Part shown: positions 37,445 to 49,522 of the stretch, in pieces
Position numbering within the stretch: the stretch's first letter is position 1
Layout: each line of letters opens with the position of its first letter
Assembly (NCBI RefSeq): GCF_001194135.2
Contig: NC_068995.1
Coordinates: forward strand, 10,193,433 to 10,257,432
Direction of reading: 5' to 3'
Origin: Octopus bimaculoides
Lineage: Eukaryota
DNA: 64,000 nt
The notes under the pieces: model-generated
What the model saw: the letters and a program-made list of their open reading frames with translations, nothing else
What the model was told of the DNA's origin: nothing
Databases searched by the model: none
Made by a program: the position numbers and the translations under genes

Positions 37445-38785
37445 ATTTGTAGTTTCAGCTCAGAGCCGTGGCCATGTTGGAACACCACCGTTTTGCTACA
37501 CTGTTATTGCTGAGAGCCTCCTCTAATATGTGGCACTTGGTGAAGAATGGAGTTTGATGTAGCTACCCTCATTTGCACCTCTTGCCGTGTGGTAAGTTTA
37601 TCTGGGACTCTCGACAGGAAGAGGTCCAGCCTTGATTTAAAAACGTCTACATCTACTTTGTGCAGGTCCTTCAGGCTCTTTGGGAAAATATTAAAATCTG
37701 TGGACCCCTGAAACCCAGGCTGTTGCAGTAACTGGTCCTGAAGCGTGATGGCATTGCTGGGATATTTGGCGTTGTGCAGTGTCGACCTGTTTTGGCATTA
37801 GTGTGGCTATCAATGCCAAAATTTGGCACAATTCGTTCCATGATCTTACAGATGTATATTACTGCATACCTCTCCGGGCTTCGCTCCAGGGAGTAGAGCC
37901 TTTCCTAGTAGCTGAGCTGTTACAAAGAGACGATCTTCTTTGTGATGCTCCGATGGATTCCTTCAAGGTCCACTGTAATTTTACACTGTTGGGTGACCAT
38001 AGCTGGGAGCAGTAATCCAGGCGGTTGAGGATGAATGTCCTCCAGAGGACCATCATGGTTTCTTTATCTCTTTCTGAATGTTCTCAAGATCCATCCAGCC
38101 AGTCGTCTGCACTTTGTCGACATCCTGGTAATGTGCACTTGGAAAGAGGTATCATCACTCATGTCGATACCCAGGTCCCTCACTGATTTAGGCTCTGGGA
38201 TTGTATTTCCCTGTGGACCAGTGTACCCTGTAATTTTCATATTCAGTTTTGGACGCTGGTTGTGCACGGTTTCGAATTTTTCAGCATTAAACTGCATATT
38301 ATTATCCTCAGCCCATCTGTAATTTGAGTCCAACTCCTGCTGCAGATGTGCAACATGGCTGGGGTTCTGTATTTTATGCGAGACTTTCGTATCATCTGCA
38401 CAGCTAGCAAGGGTGGTTATCCGGGCAGTTGAGGGCATATTTGAGAGGGCCACTATGAAAAGCAGTGGTCCCAAGACAGTGCCCTGTAGAACACCGCTCA
38501 CTATTTGTGTTTTCATAGAGGCGGCTCCATTTGCCACTACTGCCTGACTTCTATCTTTCAGAAAGTCATGTAACCACTTTCCAGGTTTTCCAGCTATGCC
38601 GAGATAACGCAGTTTGTGGCATATCATACCATGATTCATATTGTCAAAAGTTTTTGCAAACTCAAGGTGTATTACGTCCACATCTGAGTTGTTGAGTAAC
38701 TGCCTCAACACCCAGTCATAATGTTGTAAGAGCTGGGTCAGGGAGCTCCTACCCGGTCGAAAGCCATACTGGGTATCACTCTAAT
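37445..38785 (-). mobile_element. CR1-group (CR1/Crack/Daphne-like) LINE, 5'-truncated: reverse transcriptase, C-terminus and 3' UTR
   Basis: QYGFRPGRSSLTQLL, DVIHLEFAKTFD (xDFxKAFD), SGVLQGTVLGPLLF, CADD (YADD), RDLGI, RLDYCSQLWSP. Ends ..SNSILHQVPHIRGGSQQ* plus ~60 nt of UTR. Frameshifted near 38060 and 37900. Confidence 0.92.
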
Positions 38786-38914
38786 GTCGGCGTCACTTTC
38801 GCACCATGAATGAAATACATATGAATGAATTAAGTCCATATTGTTCATGAAGCAGGGATCCAAGATGCTATTCGCCCCTAGTTGGTTTAAGTACAACTTG
38901 CTCCATGAATACAA

Positions 38915-38962
<48 letters not shown>

Positions 38963-39808
38963 AAGAAAAGAAGGTGGTCAGGATAAAACCTATTAATCTA
39001 GCGCTTCCATTCCTTTCAGGGATTCACGATGAATAATTGAAGGAGTCGAAAGCGCCAAGTAAATAGTTTTTCTCCAAACCCTGACTCTTGCTTAGTATAT
39101 AAAATTTGTACATCACTCCATATATNNNNNNNNNNNNNNNNNNNNNNNNNNNNNNNNNNNNNNNNNNNNNNNNNNNNNNNNNNNNNNNNNNNNNNNNNNN
39201 NNNNNNNNNNNNNNNNNNNNNNNNNNNNNNNNNNNNNNNNNNNNNNNNNNNNNNNNNNNNNNNNNNNNNNNNNNNNNNNNNNNNNNNNNNNNNNNNNNNN
39301 NNNNNNNNNNNNNNNNNNNNNNNNNNNNNNNNNNNNNNNNNNNNNNNNNNNNNNNNNNNNNNNNNNNNNNNNNNNNNNNNNNNNNNNNNNNNNNNNNNNN
39401 NNNNNNNNNNNNNNNNNNNNNNNNNNNNNNNNNNNNNNNNNNNNNNNNNNNNNNNNNNNNNNNNNNNNNNNNNNNNNNNNNNNNNNNNNNNNNNNNNNNN
39501 NNNNNNNNNNNNNNNNNNNNNNNNNNNNNNNNNNNNNNNNNNNNNNNNNNNNNNNNNNNNNNNNNNNNNNNNNNNNNNNNNNNNNNNNNNNNNNNNNNNN
39601 NNNNNNNNNNNNNNNNNNNNNNNNNNNNNNNNNNNNNNNNNNNNNNNNNNNNTATATATATATATATATATATATATATACTTGTATATACACATGCATA
39701 TATACATATCTATTTATATATATGTGTATATACATACATACATGTATATATACATACATATATATATATATACATATATGTATAACCTGCACAAACATAC
39801 ATTGGTAC

Positions 39809-39855
<47 letters not shown>

Positions 39856-40143
39856 TATATGTATACACACACACACATATATATGAGTTAGAGGTTAGAC
39901 AACCATCTAAGGGATAATAAATATCCAATATACTACTGGAGGAATACCTATTTATATTCAAAAGCTTACTTTTCCAAGGCAATATTACAATTGAATAATA
40001 GGTACAAGTTGAGTTAAACAGAAGTTTATCTAGAATTTATATTAGGCAAGGAAGAAAAATGGAGAAGAGATTCAATTGACAAACATAAGATTTATATACT
40101 ATAATCATGGGAATAAATAAATAAATACAATAAATATATATAC

Positions 40144-40242
<99 letters not shown>

Positions 40243-40519
40243 CCCATACATATGCAAAAACATTTCCACCTCGGATGCACTCCGGAATTAATCAGGTCAA
40301 ATATTATGTATACATATTACTTATGGATGTTTATCTAAAGGGAGACAGGCCAGAATGTTAGAATTAAATGAATGCATAATATAGTTCTACAGAACCAAAA
40401 TTTCTGGAACAATTCCAGAGACAGTTCTAGAAAATAGTAGGTAGCGATTCTGCTAATCCGTGTGTCAATGAAAAACCACAAATTTATTGTTATTAAATTC
40501 ATGTACCACGAAAGATGTT

Positions 40520-40730
40520 TCTTTCTCAAAGCAAAGTTGATCTCGATGGAATTTGAACTAAGAATATAATTTTAACAACGGTTTCAAATCTTGGCTCAAC
40601 ACCAGCCATTTTACGAAAAGATGTTTACCGATAACATCGACCCCAATACACAACTGGTATTTGTTTTGTCGTTTCCGAAAGGCAAACATAGACGAAATGC
40701 AGCTAAGCATTTTGCTAACGATTCTGCTCT
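40520..40730 (-). mobile_element. SINE family 2 fragments
   Basis: gcaaagttgatctcgatggaatttgaact and acatcgaccccaatacacaactggt...gacgaaatgcagctaagcattttgctaacgattctgc. Confidence 0.6.
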
Positions 40731-40780
40731 ATCACTATCTCTATTATTATTATTATCATCATCATCATCATCATCATCAT

Positions 40781-41575
40781 TGCCTTTGCACATCTTAGAA
40801 GCTGGAGATTTACTACACTGTCAGCTGTTCACTACCAGTGAACTAAGGTAACACCTCTTATTTTACGAGCACCTTCCGGAGTATTCGAGCGGTTCCAAGC
40901 AGTGCTGTTTTCTGAAAGTGCTCCACTCTTATAGCAGTCCCTATTTGTTCCACGTACTTCCCGAGGTTTTTGCTCACTGTTCCCAGGGCTCCGACAATTA
41001 TTGGTACAACTGCTACTTTTTTCATCGACCACAACTGCTCAACGTCCCAAGCTAACCTGTTATATCTCTCAACTTTTCATTCTTCCTACTCTTGTTGTCA
41101 GCTGGGCATGCTATATCTATGATCCAGCATAGTTTGTTTTCTTTCTCAATTAAGACTATGTTCGGGTTCCTATTCTCTATATCATAGTCACACTGAATCA
41201 TAAAATCCCATAGGGTCTTTGCATTTCTATTTTCGACGACGCCTTCAGGTTTGTGGTCGTACCAATTTTTTGCTCTGTGAAGTCCATTCTTGCTGCAGAG
41301 TGTCCAATGGACAAGCCTGGCTATATTGTCGTGGCGTCTCTTATATTCCTTCTGGGCTAGTAGCGTACAGTGGCTGGTATTATTATTATTATTAAGATAC
41401 TAGCCTGGTAGCTTCTTGTAGGTAGGCATTGATCTTGCGCTGGTATGATAAATCCTTCTGTCTGATTTTAAGCCAGAAGACACTAACCCTTGGTGGGTAA
41501 GGGCTATGTCTACATCGGCATTATTAGCTCTCTTTCTCAACATCGGTATTATTAGCTCTCATTAATAATAATAGA
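40781..41575 (-). mobile_element. R4/Dong-like LINE 3' portion (subfamily B) with trinucleotide tail
   Basis: GFIIPAQDQCLPTRSYQASIL, then after (TAA)n: CTLLAQKEYKRRHDNIARLVHW...WDFMIQCD...NRNPNIVLIEKENKLCWIIDIACPAD...KTALLGTARILRKVL. 3' end gcaaaggc(aat/gat)n. Confidence 0.9.
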
Positions 41576-41695
41576 GCTTTGGTCAGCCCGTGGCTATAGT
41601 AGAAAACACTTGTCGAATGTGCCACGCAGTGAAACCGAACCCGTAACCCTGTGGTTAGGATGCAAATTCCTTACATCAAAGTAACACCTGCTCCT
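41575..41695 (-). mobile_element. SINE family 1, head fragment
   Basis: gctttggtcagcccgtggctatagtagaaaacacttgtcgaatgtgccacgcagtgaaaccgaacccgtaaccctgtgg. Confidence 0.75.
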
Positions 41696-42728
41696 CTTTC
41701 TTTCTTTCACTCTCTTTATTTCCGCCTCTGGCTCTTTCCGCACACAGATTATATATATATATATATATATAATATAATATAATATAATATAAGGATAAAA
41801 TCTTTATAAGAATGTATCAAGTAGTCAGCGTGAAAAAACCTCATAAGGAAAAACAATCCATAATTTTTTTCGATAAATATATATAATTTAAGTAATATAA
41901 GGGCATTGCTATATAANNNNNNNNNNNNNNNNNNNNNNNNNNNNNNNNNNNNNNNNNNNNNNNNNNNNNNNNNNNNNNNNNNNNNNNNNNNNNNNNNNNN
42001 NNNNNNNNNNNNNNNNNNNNNNNNNNNNNNNNNNNNNNNNNNNNNNNNNNNNNNNNNNNNNNNNNNNNNNNNNNNNNNNNNNNNNNNNNNNNNNNNNNNN
42101 NNNNNNNNNNNNNNNNNNNNNNNNNNNNNNNNNNNNNNNNNNNNNNNNNNNNNNNNNNNNNNNNNNNNNNNNNNNNNNNNNNNNNNNNNNNNNNNNNNNN
42201 NNNNNNNNNNNNNNNNNNNNNNNNNNNNNNNNNNNNNNNNNNNNNNNNNNNNNNNNNNNNNNNNNNNNNNNNNNNNNNNNNNNNNNNNNNNNNNNNNNNN
42301 NNNNNNNNNNNNNNNNNNNNNNNNNNNNNNNNNNNNNNNNNNNNNNNNNNNNNNNNNNNNNNNNNNNNNNNNNNNNNNNNNNNNNNNNNNNNNNNNNNNN
42401 NNNNNNNNNNNNNNNNNNNNNNNNNNNNNNNNNNNNNNNNNNNNNNNNNNNNNNNNNNNNNNNNNNNNNNNNNNNNNNNNNNNNNNNNNNNNNNNNNNNN
42501 NNNNNNNNNNNNNNNNNNNNNNNNNNNNNNNNNNNNNNNNNNNNNNNNNNNNNNNNNNNNNNNNNNNNNNNNNNNNNNNNNNNNNNNNNNNNNNNNNNNN
42601 NNNNNNNNNNNNNNNNNNNNNNNNNNNNNNNNNNNNNNNNNNNNNNNNNNNNNNNNNNNNNNNNNNNNNNNNNNNNNNNNNNNNNNNNNNNNNNNNNNNN
42701 NNNNNNNNNNNNNNNNNNNNNNNNNNNN

Positions 42729-42769
<41 letters not shown>

Positions 42770-43207
42770 TAGATAGATAGATATTTAAAATGTGCTTCAA
42801 ATTCTGTATGAAAACGGAAAAGTTATTACATTTGACATGACTTCGTTGTGCTGCACAAATAAAATCTTATTAAACGTTGGACAATAAACACGAACCATAA
42901 TCGTTGATGCAAACAGCAATGTTGTAATGTGTCAATCTTGTGGTTCTCTCTAGTCGTAATTTAATTTTCTAATTTTACTAATTATTTAATCAATCAGTCA
43001 AACAATAAAATTAATTACTCAACTAATTACACAATCAAGCAATTTAATTAAATCATAATTAATATACGGTATTAACGTTCTTATCGCAATATATAGACGC
43101 TTGCGAGAGTGTACATATGTATACATGTATGTGGGTGTGAGTGTATGCGAGAGGTTGATTGTTCTCTTAAAATAATTTTCTATCTATACCTGTGCACCAC
43201 TATTTCT

Positions 43208-43450
43208 AGGCGCGTGGCTTAGTGGTTAGGGATATTTGGATTACGATTGTAAGGTCGTGAGTTCGATTCCCGATGGCTTTCTATGTCCTTGAACAAGACA
43301 CTTTATTTCACGTTACTTCAGTTCACTCGGCTGGCAAAAATGAGTTCTACAATACGCCAGGCTTGTCACATTCTGTTGTGCCGCTACCTTTTTCTGTGAA
43401 CTACCTTAAGGATACGCGTGTCTGCGGATCCCTCAGCTACTTCCACGTTA
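43208..43450 (+). mobile_element. tRNA-derived SINE family 3 (single copy here)
   Basis: A box tggcttagtgg and B box gagttcgattcc, followed by tgtccttgaacaagacacttt (CORE/V/Meta-like central motif). Confidence 0.75.
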
Positions 43451-43512
43451 ATTTAACGTTTTTTATTTGGTTTGCAAGATTCTTTATGTGAGTTTGTGTG
43501 TTGAAGCATATT

Positions 43513-43708
43513 CTGTTGTGTTTATGGAGAGTCATTCTCTTTTGGTGCCTTATAATTTAACACACGCACCGGTAAAATTTACACTCATTTCCTTATTTAT
43601 TTTCCTAAAATCTTTAAAAAATAAATAAGGAAGTGAGTGAAAATTTTACCGGTGAGTGTGTTAAATTGTAAAGCACTAAAAGAGAATGACTCTCCCCAGA
43701 CACAACAG
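43513..43708. mobile_element. MITE-like foldback element, ~90-bp inverted arms
   Basis: The left arm ctgttgtgtttatggagagtcattctcttttggtgcc...ccttatttatttt pairs with 43616-43708, with about 10 mismatches and a 12-bp spacer. Confidence 0.8.
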
Positions 43709-43959
43709 TACATATATATATATATATNNNNNNNNNNNNNNNNNNNNNNNNNNNNNNNNNNNNNNNNNNNNNNNNNNNNNNNNNNNNNNNNNNNNNNNNN
43801 NNNNNNNNNNNNNNNNNNNNNNNNNNNAGTGTTATTTTCATTTTTGCGTAACTTAAACAGTTTATTCACCGCACCCTCTATATAAACATGTATATCTATC
43901 TATCTATTTATCTATCTATCTGCGTGTACGCTTGTGTGACTAAATGTTAGCTTCAGATT

Positions 43960-44155
43960 TTAGCACAAGGTCAGCAATTCCAGAGATGGGCATAAATCGA
44001 TTACATCGACCCCCACTATTCAATAAGTGCATATTTTACAGGGTCTGAAAGGGTGAAAGGCAAAGTCGACCTCAGCGGAATTTGAACACAGAACGTCAAA
44101 ACTGACGAAATGTTTTTGTGCTGCGTCCTAACGACACTGCCAGCTCGGCACCTTA
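43960..44155 (-). mobile_element. SINE family 2
   Basis: gtgaaaggcaaagtcgacctcagcggaatttgaacacagaacg...ctgccagctcggcacctt. Confidence 0.8.
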
Positions 44156-44639
44156 ATGTGCCATAGTACTTTCCAGTGCTTCCAATAGCACACGTGTGCG
44201 TGTGTGTGTCTGTGTGTGTAGACACGTATATTAATATACACACACACACATACAGAAATACATACATATGTGTATGAGGCATTATCTTCATAAGCTCTGT
44301 ATGTATGTGTGTGTGTATGTATTTAAATAGAGAGATAGATAGAGAGAGAGACAGACAGACAGACAGAGATAAATAGATAGAGAGATAGATAGAGAGAGAG
44401 ATAAATAGATAAATAGATAGAGAGAGATAAATAGATAGATAGATAGATACATACATACATACATACACACGCACACAGACAAACAGACAGATACACACTT
44501 TTAATAGCCAATTCCTGTTTAGGTTTTTCAGTCTAACGCAATGAGTCTATTACTTGTAGCTGTTACAAATTGGCAATCTTTTACTAAACTGTCGTTGTGC
44601 ACTGCAGCTTTAACTGGTTCCTTATTAAGTGACATGGTA

Positions 44640-45320
44640 GCGGCCTTAATCACTGGTATTATTATTTTCCTCATTACCATCGCTCTCATCAGCATCACCG
44701 TAATTGTCATCATCACTGCCTTCAGCTGCAGCAGCAGCAGCAGCAGCAGCAAATCTACTTGCAGACACCAGGACCGGAACCAGCAGCTCCATCGCTGCAG
44801 TAATTATTGTCATCAACGTCACCGTCAGCGTCACCATTATCGTCGTTGTGATCGTCCTCCTCCCCCTCCGCCTCATCATCATCATCATCACCATTTTCAA
44901 GATCATTATCATCGTAGACGTCATCGTCATCTTCATCATATTCATATTTGAAATGGGTCTCATCAACATCATCGTCGTCATCATCACCATCAACATCATT
45001 TACTTTCCTCTTCATTATCATCACATAATTGTTATCATTATCTGCATCTTTATCCACATGACATAATCGCCATCATTTTATTATCAATATCGTCACTGTC
45101 ATCACCATTATCATTAACATAATAGATTTCATTCTAATACACTTTCATCATCTTGAAAATATTATTATCTACGTCATCATCTGAATTATTAATAGCATCG
45201 TCATCGTCATCTGACCATCGTTATCATCATTGTCGTCGTCGTCACATGGTGTCATATTTCTCCTCTCCTTTTCCACATCATAAGCATTGTCATCATCATT
45301 ATTATTATTATTATTATTAT
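44640..45320. repeat. Long compound trinucleotide tract (CAT/CAG/CGT/CAC/ATT)
   Basis: Read directly; generates poly-I/H/D/M/A ORFs in five frames. Confidence 0.9.
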
Positions 45321-45837
45321 TCAGAGAGAGAGCCATCGAAGTGACACTGGGGTACAAATACACGGAGCCCAATATACCCGTCATGACTACACGTCCAATA
45401 AGGGTACACCAGACCCATGCATCATAACCATATGTGCACGACACAGTGATCTCAGATCAAGATAAACAGGTGGGACCCAGCTAGAATTTTCTTCGGGTCG
45501 AGTAGCCTATTCTGCTCAAAAGGTTCCTGAAAAAGGCTTGTTTAAGGATGATGAACAAAACACCAAAGTTTCCAGAGGTGAATTATTAAAATCTCAAAGA
45601 ATTCCTCTCATGGCTTTAATACTCCCCCACTACTTCTGCTCGTGATCAAAGATGCACATATCGTCAACCTCCAAGGGATATGCTCAACTGGTTAAGGTCA
45701 AACAACTGACAAGCAAATTTGTGGTATTGAGCAGAATATTTGCTGTAGCCCATCTTTTATACCAAGACAAAACATGTTCATGATAACACTTCCAATCAGT
45801 TAAGATCAAAAACTATGAGAGCCACTACCTTGTTACT
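45321..45837 (-). mobile_element. ~550-bp repeat family T, copy 2 (small internal deletions)
   Basis: Reverse complement of 25425-25980; (ATT)n on both sides. Confidence 0.85.
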
Positions 45838-45849
45838 ATTATTATTATT

Positions 45850-46400
45850 ATTATTAAAAATTATTATTTTATTCCTTCGTAACACAGTTTAGCTAAAAAT
45901 GCACCGTAGTCTTTAGTTATCTGTCAAGTCACAACAAGGACCTCAGACAGATTATAGTTTTCTTAAGATGTGCCCTGTGCCCAATAAGGCTGCTTTTTGC
46001 AAGTCATTAATCTTGAATTGGTATTTCCAGTTCTCTTAAGAAGTCTTGAAGCTTCAATCGGATTGAGCCCAACGCTCCGATCACCACTGGTATCACTTTT
46101 ACATAACCCTCTTGCATTCCATACAGTTTTGCCATTTCCACTTCCAATTCGGAGTACTTGGTGATTTTTTCAACCTCTTTACTCACAACATTCATGTAAT
46201 TTGGTATGGCTACATCAATGATCTGACAGTATTTGTCTCTCTTATTCAATATGACAATATCCAGCCGACGGTGTTCGATTACACGATCCGTCTCAAAATC
46301 ATAGTCTTAGAGTATCGTTACTTTTCCAAACTCCTGCATGACCTTACTTGGTATATCCTGATATCAGTTCTCTGTTACTTCATATTGGTATTTACGGCAT
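45850..46400 (-). mobile_element. R4/Dong-like LINE 3' end (subfamily C) with (AAT)n tail
   Basis: KVTIL*DYDFETDRVIEHRRLDIVILNKRDKYCQIIDVAIP...EKITKYSELEVEMAKLY..VIPVVIGALG...DLQKAALLGTGHILRKL*. Confidence 0.88.
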
Positions 46401-46546
46401 AAGAGCCAATGAAGATACACACACACTTTATCGTGGCTACGCTTGTATTCCTTTTGTGCAAGGCTTTCACATCCACTTACCAAATGGATCCACATTTTCC
46501 ACGCTCTTTCCACAGAGTCTGCATTTCAGAGTATGGAATTCCAAAT

Positions 46547-46594
<48 letters not shown>

Positions 46595-47646
46595 TGGATG
46601 AAAACCTTGTAACGTGTATGTAAGAGCTCGTATGTCGTTATTTGGCTATTGCTGAAGAATATTTATCGATAAATAATTATAAGGAATAAACTTGCACAAT
46701 GATATACGAATATAAACTCATCTGCATAAAGCTGATGTGTGGTGCAGAAAGAAATGCTGTGATCGAGGATTAAACCCTTTTATCCGCCAGTCTTGCGTTA
46801 TATTATCTTTATATATGCATACATATGCATATATATGTACATATAGTAATATATGTGTGAAAAGGTTGAATTATATTTCGTCCTTTAATACGGGACATAC
46901 AAGGGCATCAAAAGAGGTAACTGTAATACATTAAACATTTGGGTCCATTTGTTCTTTTTCCACACTCAAGTGGCCAACAGACTTAAACTGCATTTTCTTC
47001 TGTCCACCCAGCATTAAATAAGTACACCTAGGTATGTACATTATTTTTTATTGTAAGCGTCTGTATTATAACTGAAATTAATGAGCGGTCACCTTGCCAC
47101 CACATTACGCTTAACTCCTTGGAGAAGAGTTATCTTCAACTACAATGATAAATATTTGAGCACAGCTGCTTTATTCAATTATTAATTTAACTCGATTATC
47201 TCAGTTGATTCGGTCATCGATTAATCTCATCACCATTACTAAGTGTTATTTATGACTATTTCTGTAAAGTGGGCTTAGTTGCAACAGTAGAAGCAAACAA
47301 CGAAGGAGGCTGTACCTCCGGTAGCTGAAAGAAGCAATGAATGGGTGTATGAATGAAAACACACATCGGTAGGTTTCAGCATCGGGAACCTTCAAACATA
47401 ACCACCATTACTCGCAACACACTACGTATAGTATTACTATCGCGTGCCCTACTAAAGTCTTAGTGCAAATCCCTCCTAATCTAGTCCTATATGTAATCGC
47501 TATATCGCTGTCTTTGCTGCAGTCAGTGCTAATCCGTTAAAACGGGTATCTGCACTGCCCCTGTGGAATTTGGACTCTGGTGACATGATCAAAATATTGA
47601 AGTTTTGCTGTCGCTAATTTTCCTTCTTCCTCTCATCTCCTCCAAG

Positions 47647-47707
47647 ACAGAACTATTTGTTGTAAGGCCCACCCAGCTGATCCGCTAGGGTCCCTGGCGT
47701 GGTACAA
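47647..47707 (+). CDS. Candidate 61-nt internal exon (RTICCKAHPADPLGSLAWY), product unknown
   Basis: Long pyrimidine tract ttttccttcttcctctcatctcctccaag, one open frame, donor AA|GTGAGC at 47708. No homology recognised. Confidence 0.2.
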
Positions 47708-47749
47708 GTGAGCATAGTGATAATAATGATGATGATGATGATGAATGAC

Positions 47750-48300
47750 CTGATGCAGTACCAGGCAGTGACTCTCACGGCTTCTAATCTTAATCGATTG
47801 TAAGTTATCATGTATATATTTTGTCTTGGTATAAAAGATGGGCTACAGCAAATATTCTGCTCAATACCACAGATTTGCTTGTCAGTTCTTTGACCTTAAC
47901 CAGTTGAGCATGTCCCTTGGTGACTGACGATATGTGCATCTCTGATCATTAACAGGAGTAGTGGGGGAACATTATCGCAATGTGTTGAGAGGAATTCTTT
48001 CTGATCTTAACGATTCACCTCTGGAAACATGGGTGTTTCGTTCATCATCCTTAAACAAGCCTTATTCAGGAACCTTTTGAGCAGGATAAGATAATTCTAA
48101 CTGAAGAAAATTCTAATTAGGCCCCACCTGCAAGGTCATGCACTGTTTATCCTGATATGAGACCACCATGTCGCGCACATAACATTGTGATGTATGTACC
48201 TGGCGTACCCTTATCAGACAGGCAGTCATGACGGGTATATTGGGTTTTGTATATTTGTACCCCAGTGTCACCTTGGCGGCTTGCGCTGCACTCTCACTCA
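47750..48300 (+). mobile_element. ~550-bp repeat family T, copy 3
   Basis: Colinear with 25425-25980; preceded by (GAT)n and followed by (AAT)n. Confidence 0.85.
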
Positions 48301-48329
48301 GTAATAATAATAAAGATGAAAATTCTCGC

Positions 48330-48770
48330 AAACTTTGGCAAAATTCATCAATTTTAGAGGTGGGCCAGTAACACAGTTTCATTGCACTCAGTGCAGAGCT
48401 GTTGTTTATTGCATTGACCTCCGAAAGGATGAAAAGAAACGTCAGCTTCAGCGTAATTTTGAACGCTAAGTGTAAACAGCCGGAAGAAATTTCACTCAGC
48501 ATTTTGTGCGACACGATATCGAGCCTACCACCTCGTTGCCTTGATACGCCTAATCATTAGATTCAACTTTTGGCACTAGGCCAGCATTTTTAAGGGAAAG
48601 GTTAAGTCGATATCGTCTACCCCAGTACTCCACTGGTACTTATTTCATCGACCACGATAGGATGAAATTCAAAGTCGACCTGGGCGGCATTTGTACTCAG
48701 AACACGAGACCAGAAGAACTGCATCTAAGCATTTCATCTGCTGCGATAACGATTCTGCCAGCTCGCCGTC
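48330..48770 (-). mobile_element. Two tandem SINE family 2 copies (48330-48545, 48570-48770)
   Basis: Two successive tail-core-head blocks in minus orientation. Confidence 0.75.
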
Positions 48771-49298
48771 ATGGTAAGCAACATTTAATGTTGTCACTCA
48801 TGTACTTCTCAGCCTAATAAAAAAAAATGTGTTAATTGTTCATTATTAGTTTTTCTTATTCACCACATCTTTTTGATGTTAAAGCCTACCAACGACCGCT
48901 CCTACTTCTGCGATATTAAGTGCCTCATTTAAAATGATCGAACTTAAAGCAATTCATTGAATCATGGTAAATTATGTGCCAAACACACCGCTATAAACTC
49001 ATTTAACTAAACTCTTCATTATATTCAAAATTAATTGAAACGAAGTCAGTGTATTTCAATAGAAATATGATAGATATAAAAGAGTCTCTGTTCAGCACAT
49101 TGAAACCATAGAGTGGTTATTTCTAGTGTTGAAAATATTAAGAATCTAATTTGCTTTCGTTACGTATTTGTCAGAGAAGAAGAAGACGTGCCCTTGTTCA
49201 GTTGTAGTCGCTCCGAGACTGGTTTGTAGCTTAGAAAATTACTATTTTTAATTCTCACAACGTGAGATATTCAGCAACAGTACTTTGTAGTAAAGATT

Positions 49299-49522
49299 GT
49301 TTAGGACTAATGTTGCTGAAATTTAGCTCCAGGAGACATCGTCTCCAGCTGGCTATACGACACAATCTGTGTCCTTATATTTTCGAACATGGGAATCTTT
49401 GAGCTGAGTGGGGGTGCTACATTCCCTTGTTCGAAAATATAAGGACACAGATCGTGTCGTATAGCCAGCTGGAGACGATGTCTCCAACATTCAGCAAATT
49501 ACATCAACATTCGTCCTAAACC
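49299..49522. repeat. Foldback / MITE-like long inverted repeat
   Basis: Arms 49332-49396 and 49421-49485 are reverse complements at 63/65 with a 24-bp spacer. An outer imperfect pairing extends to gtttaggac / gtcctaaac. Confidence 0.85.

Noticed and set aside
43208-43280. Possible tRNA gene
   Set aside because: A and B boxes are present, but the acceptor and anticodon stems do not pair cleanly and the sequence continues into a SINE central motif.
44541-45066. Overlapping ORFs with poly-A/S/H/D/M runs that look like a low-complexity transcription-factor region
   Set aside because: They are open in five frames because of compound trinucleotide repeats, with no domain or splice structure.
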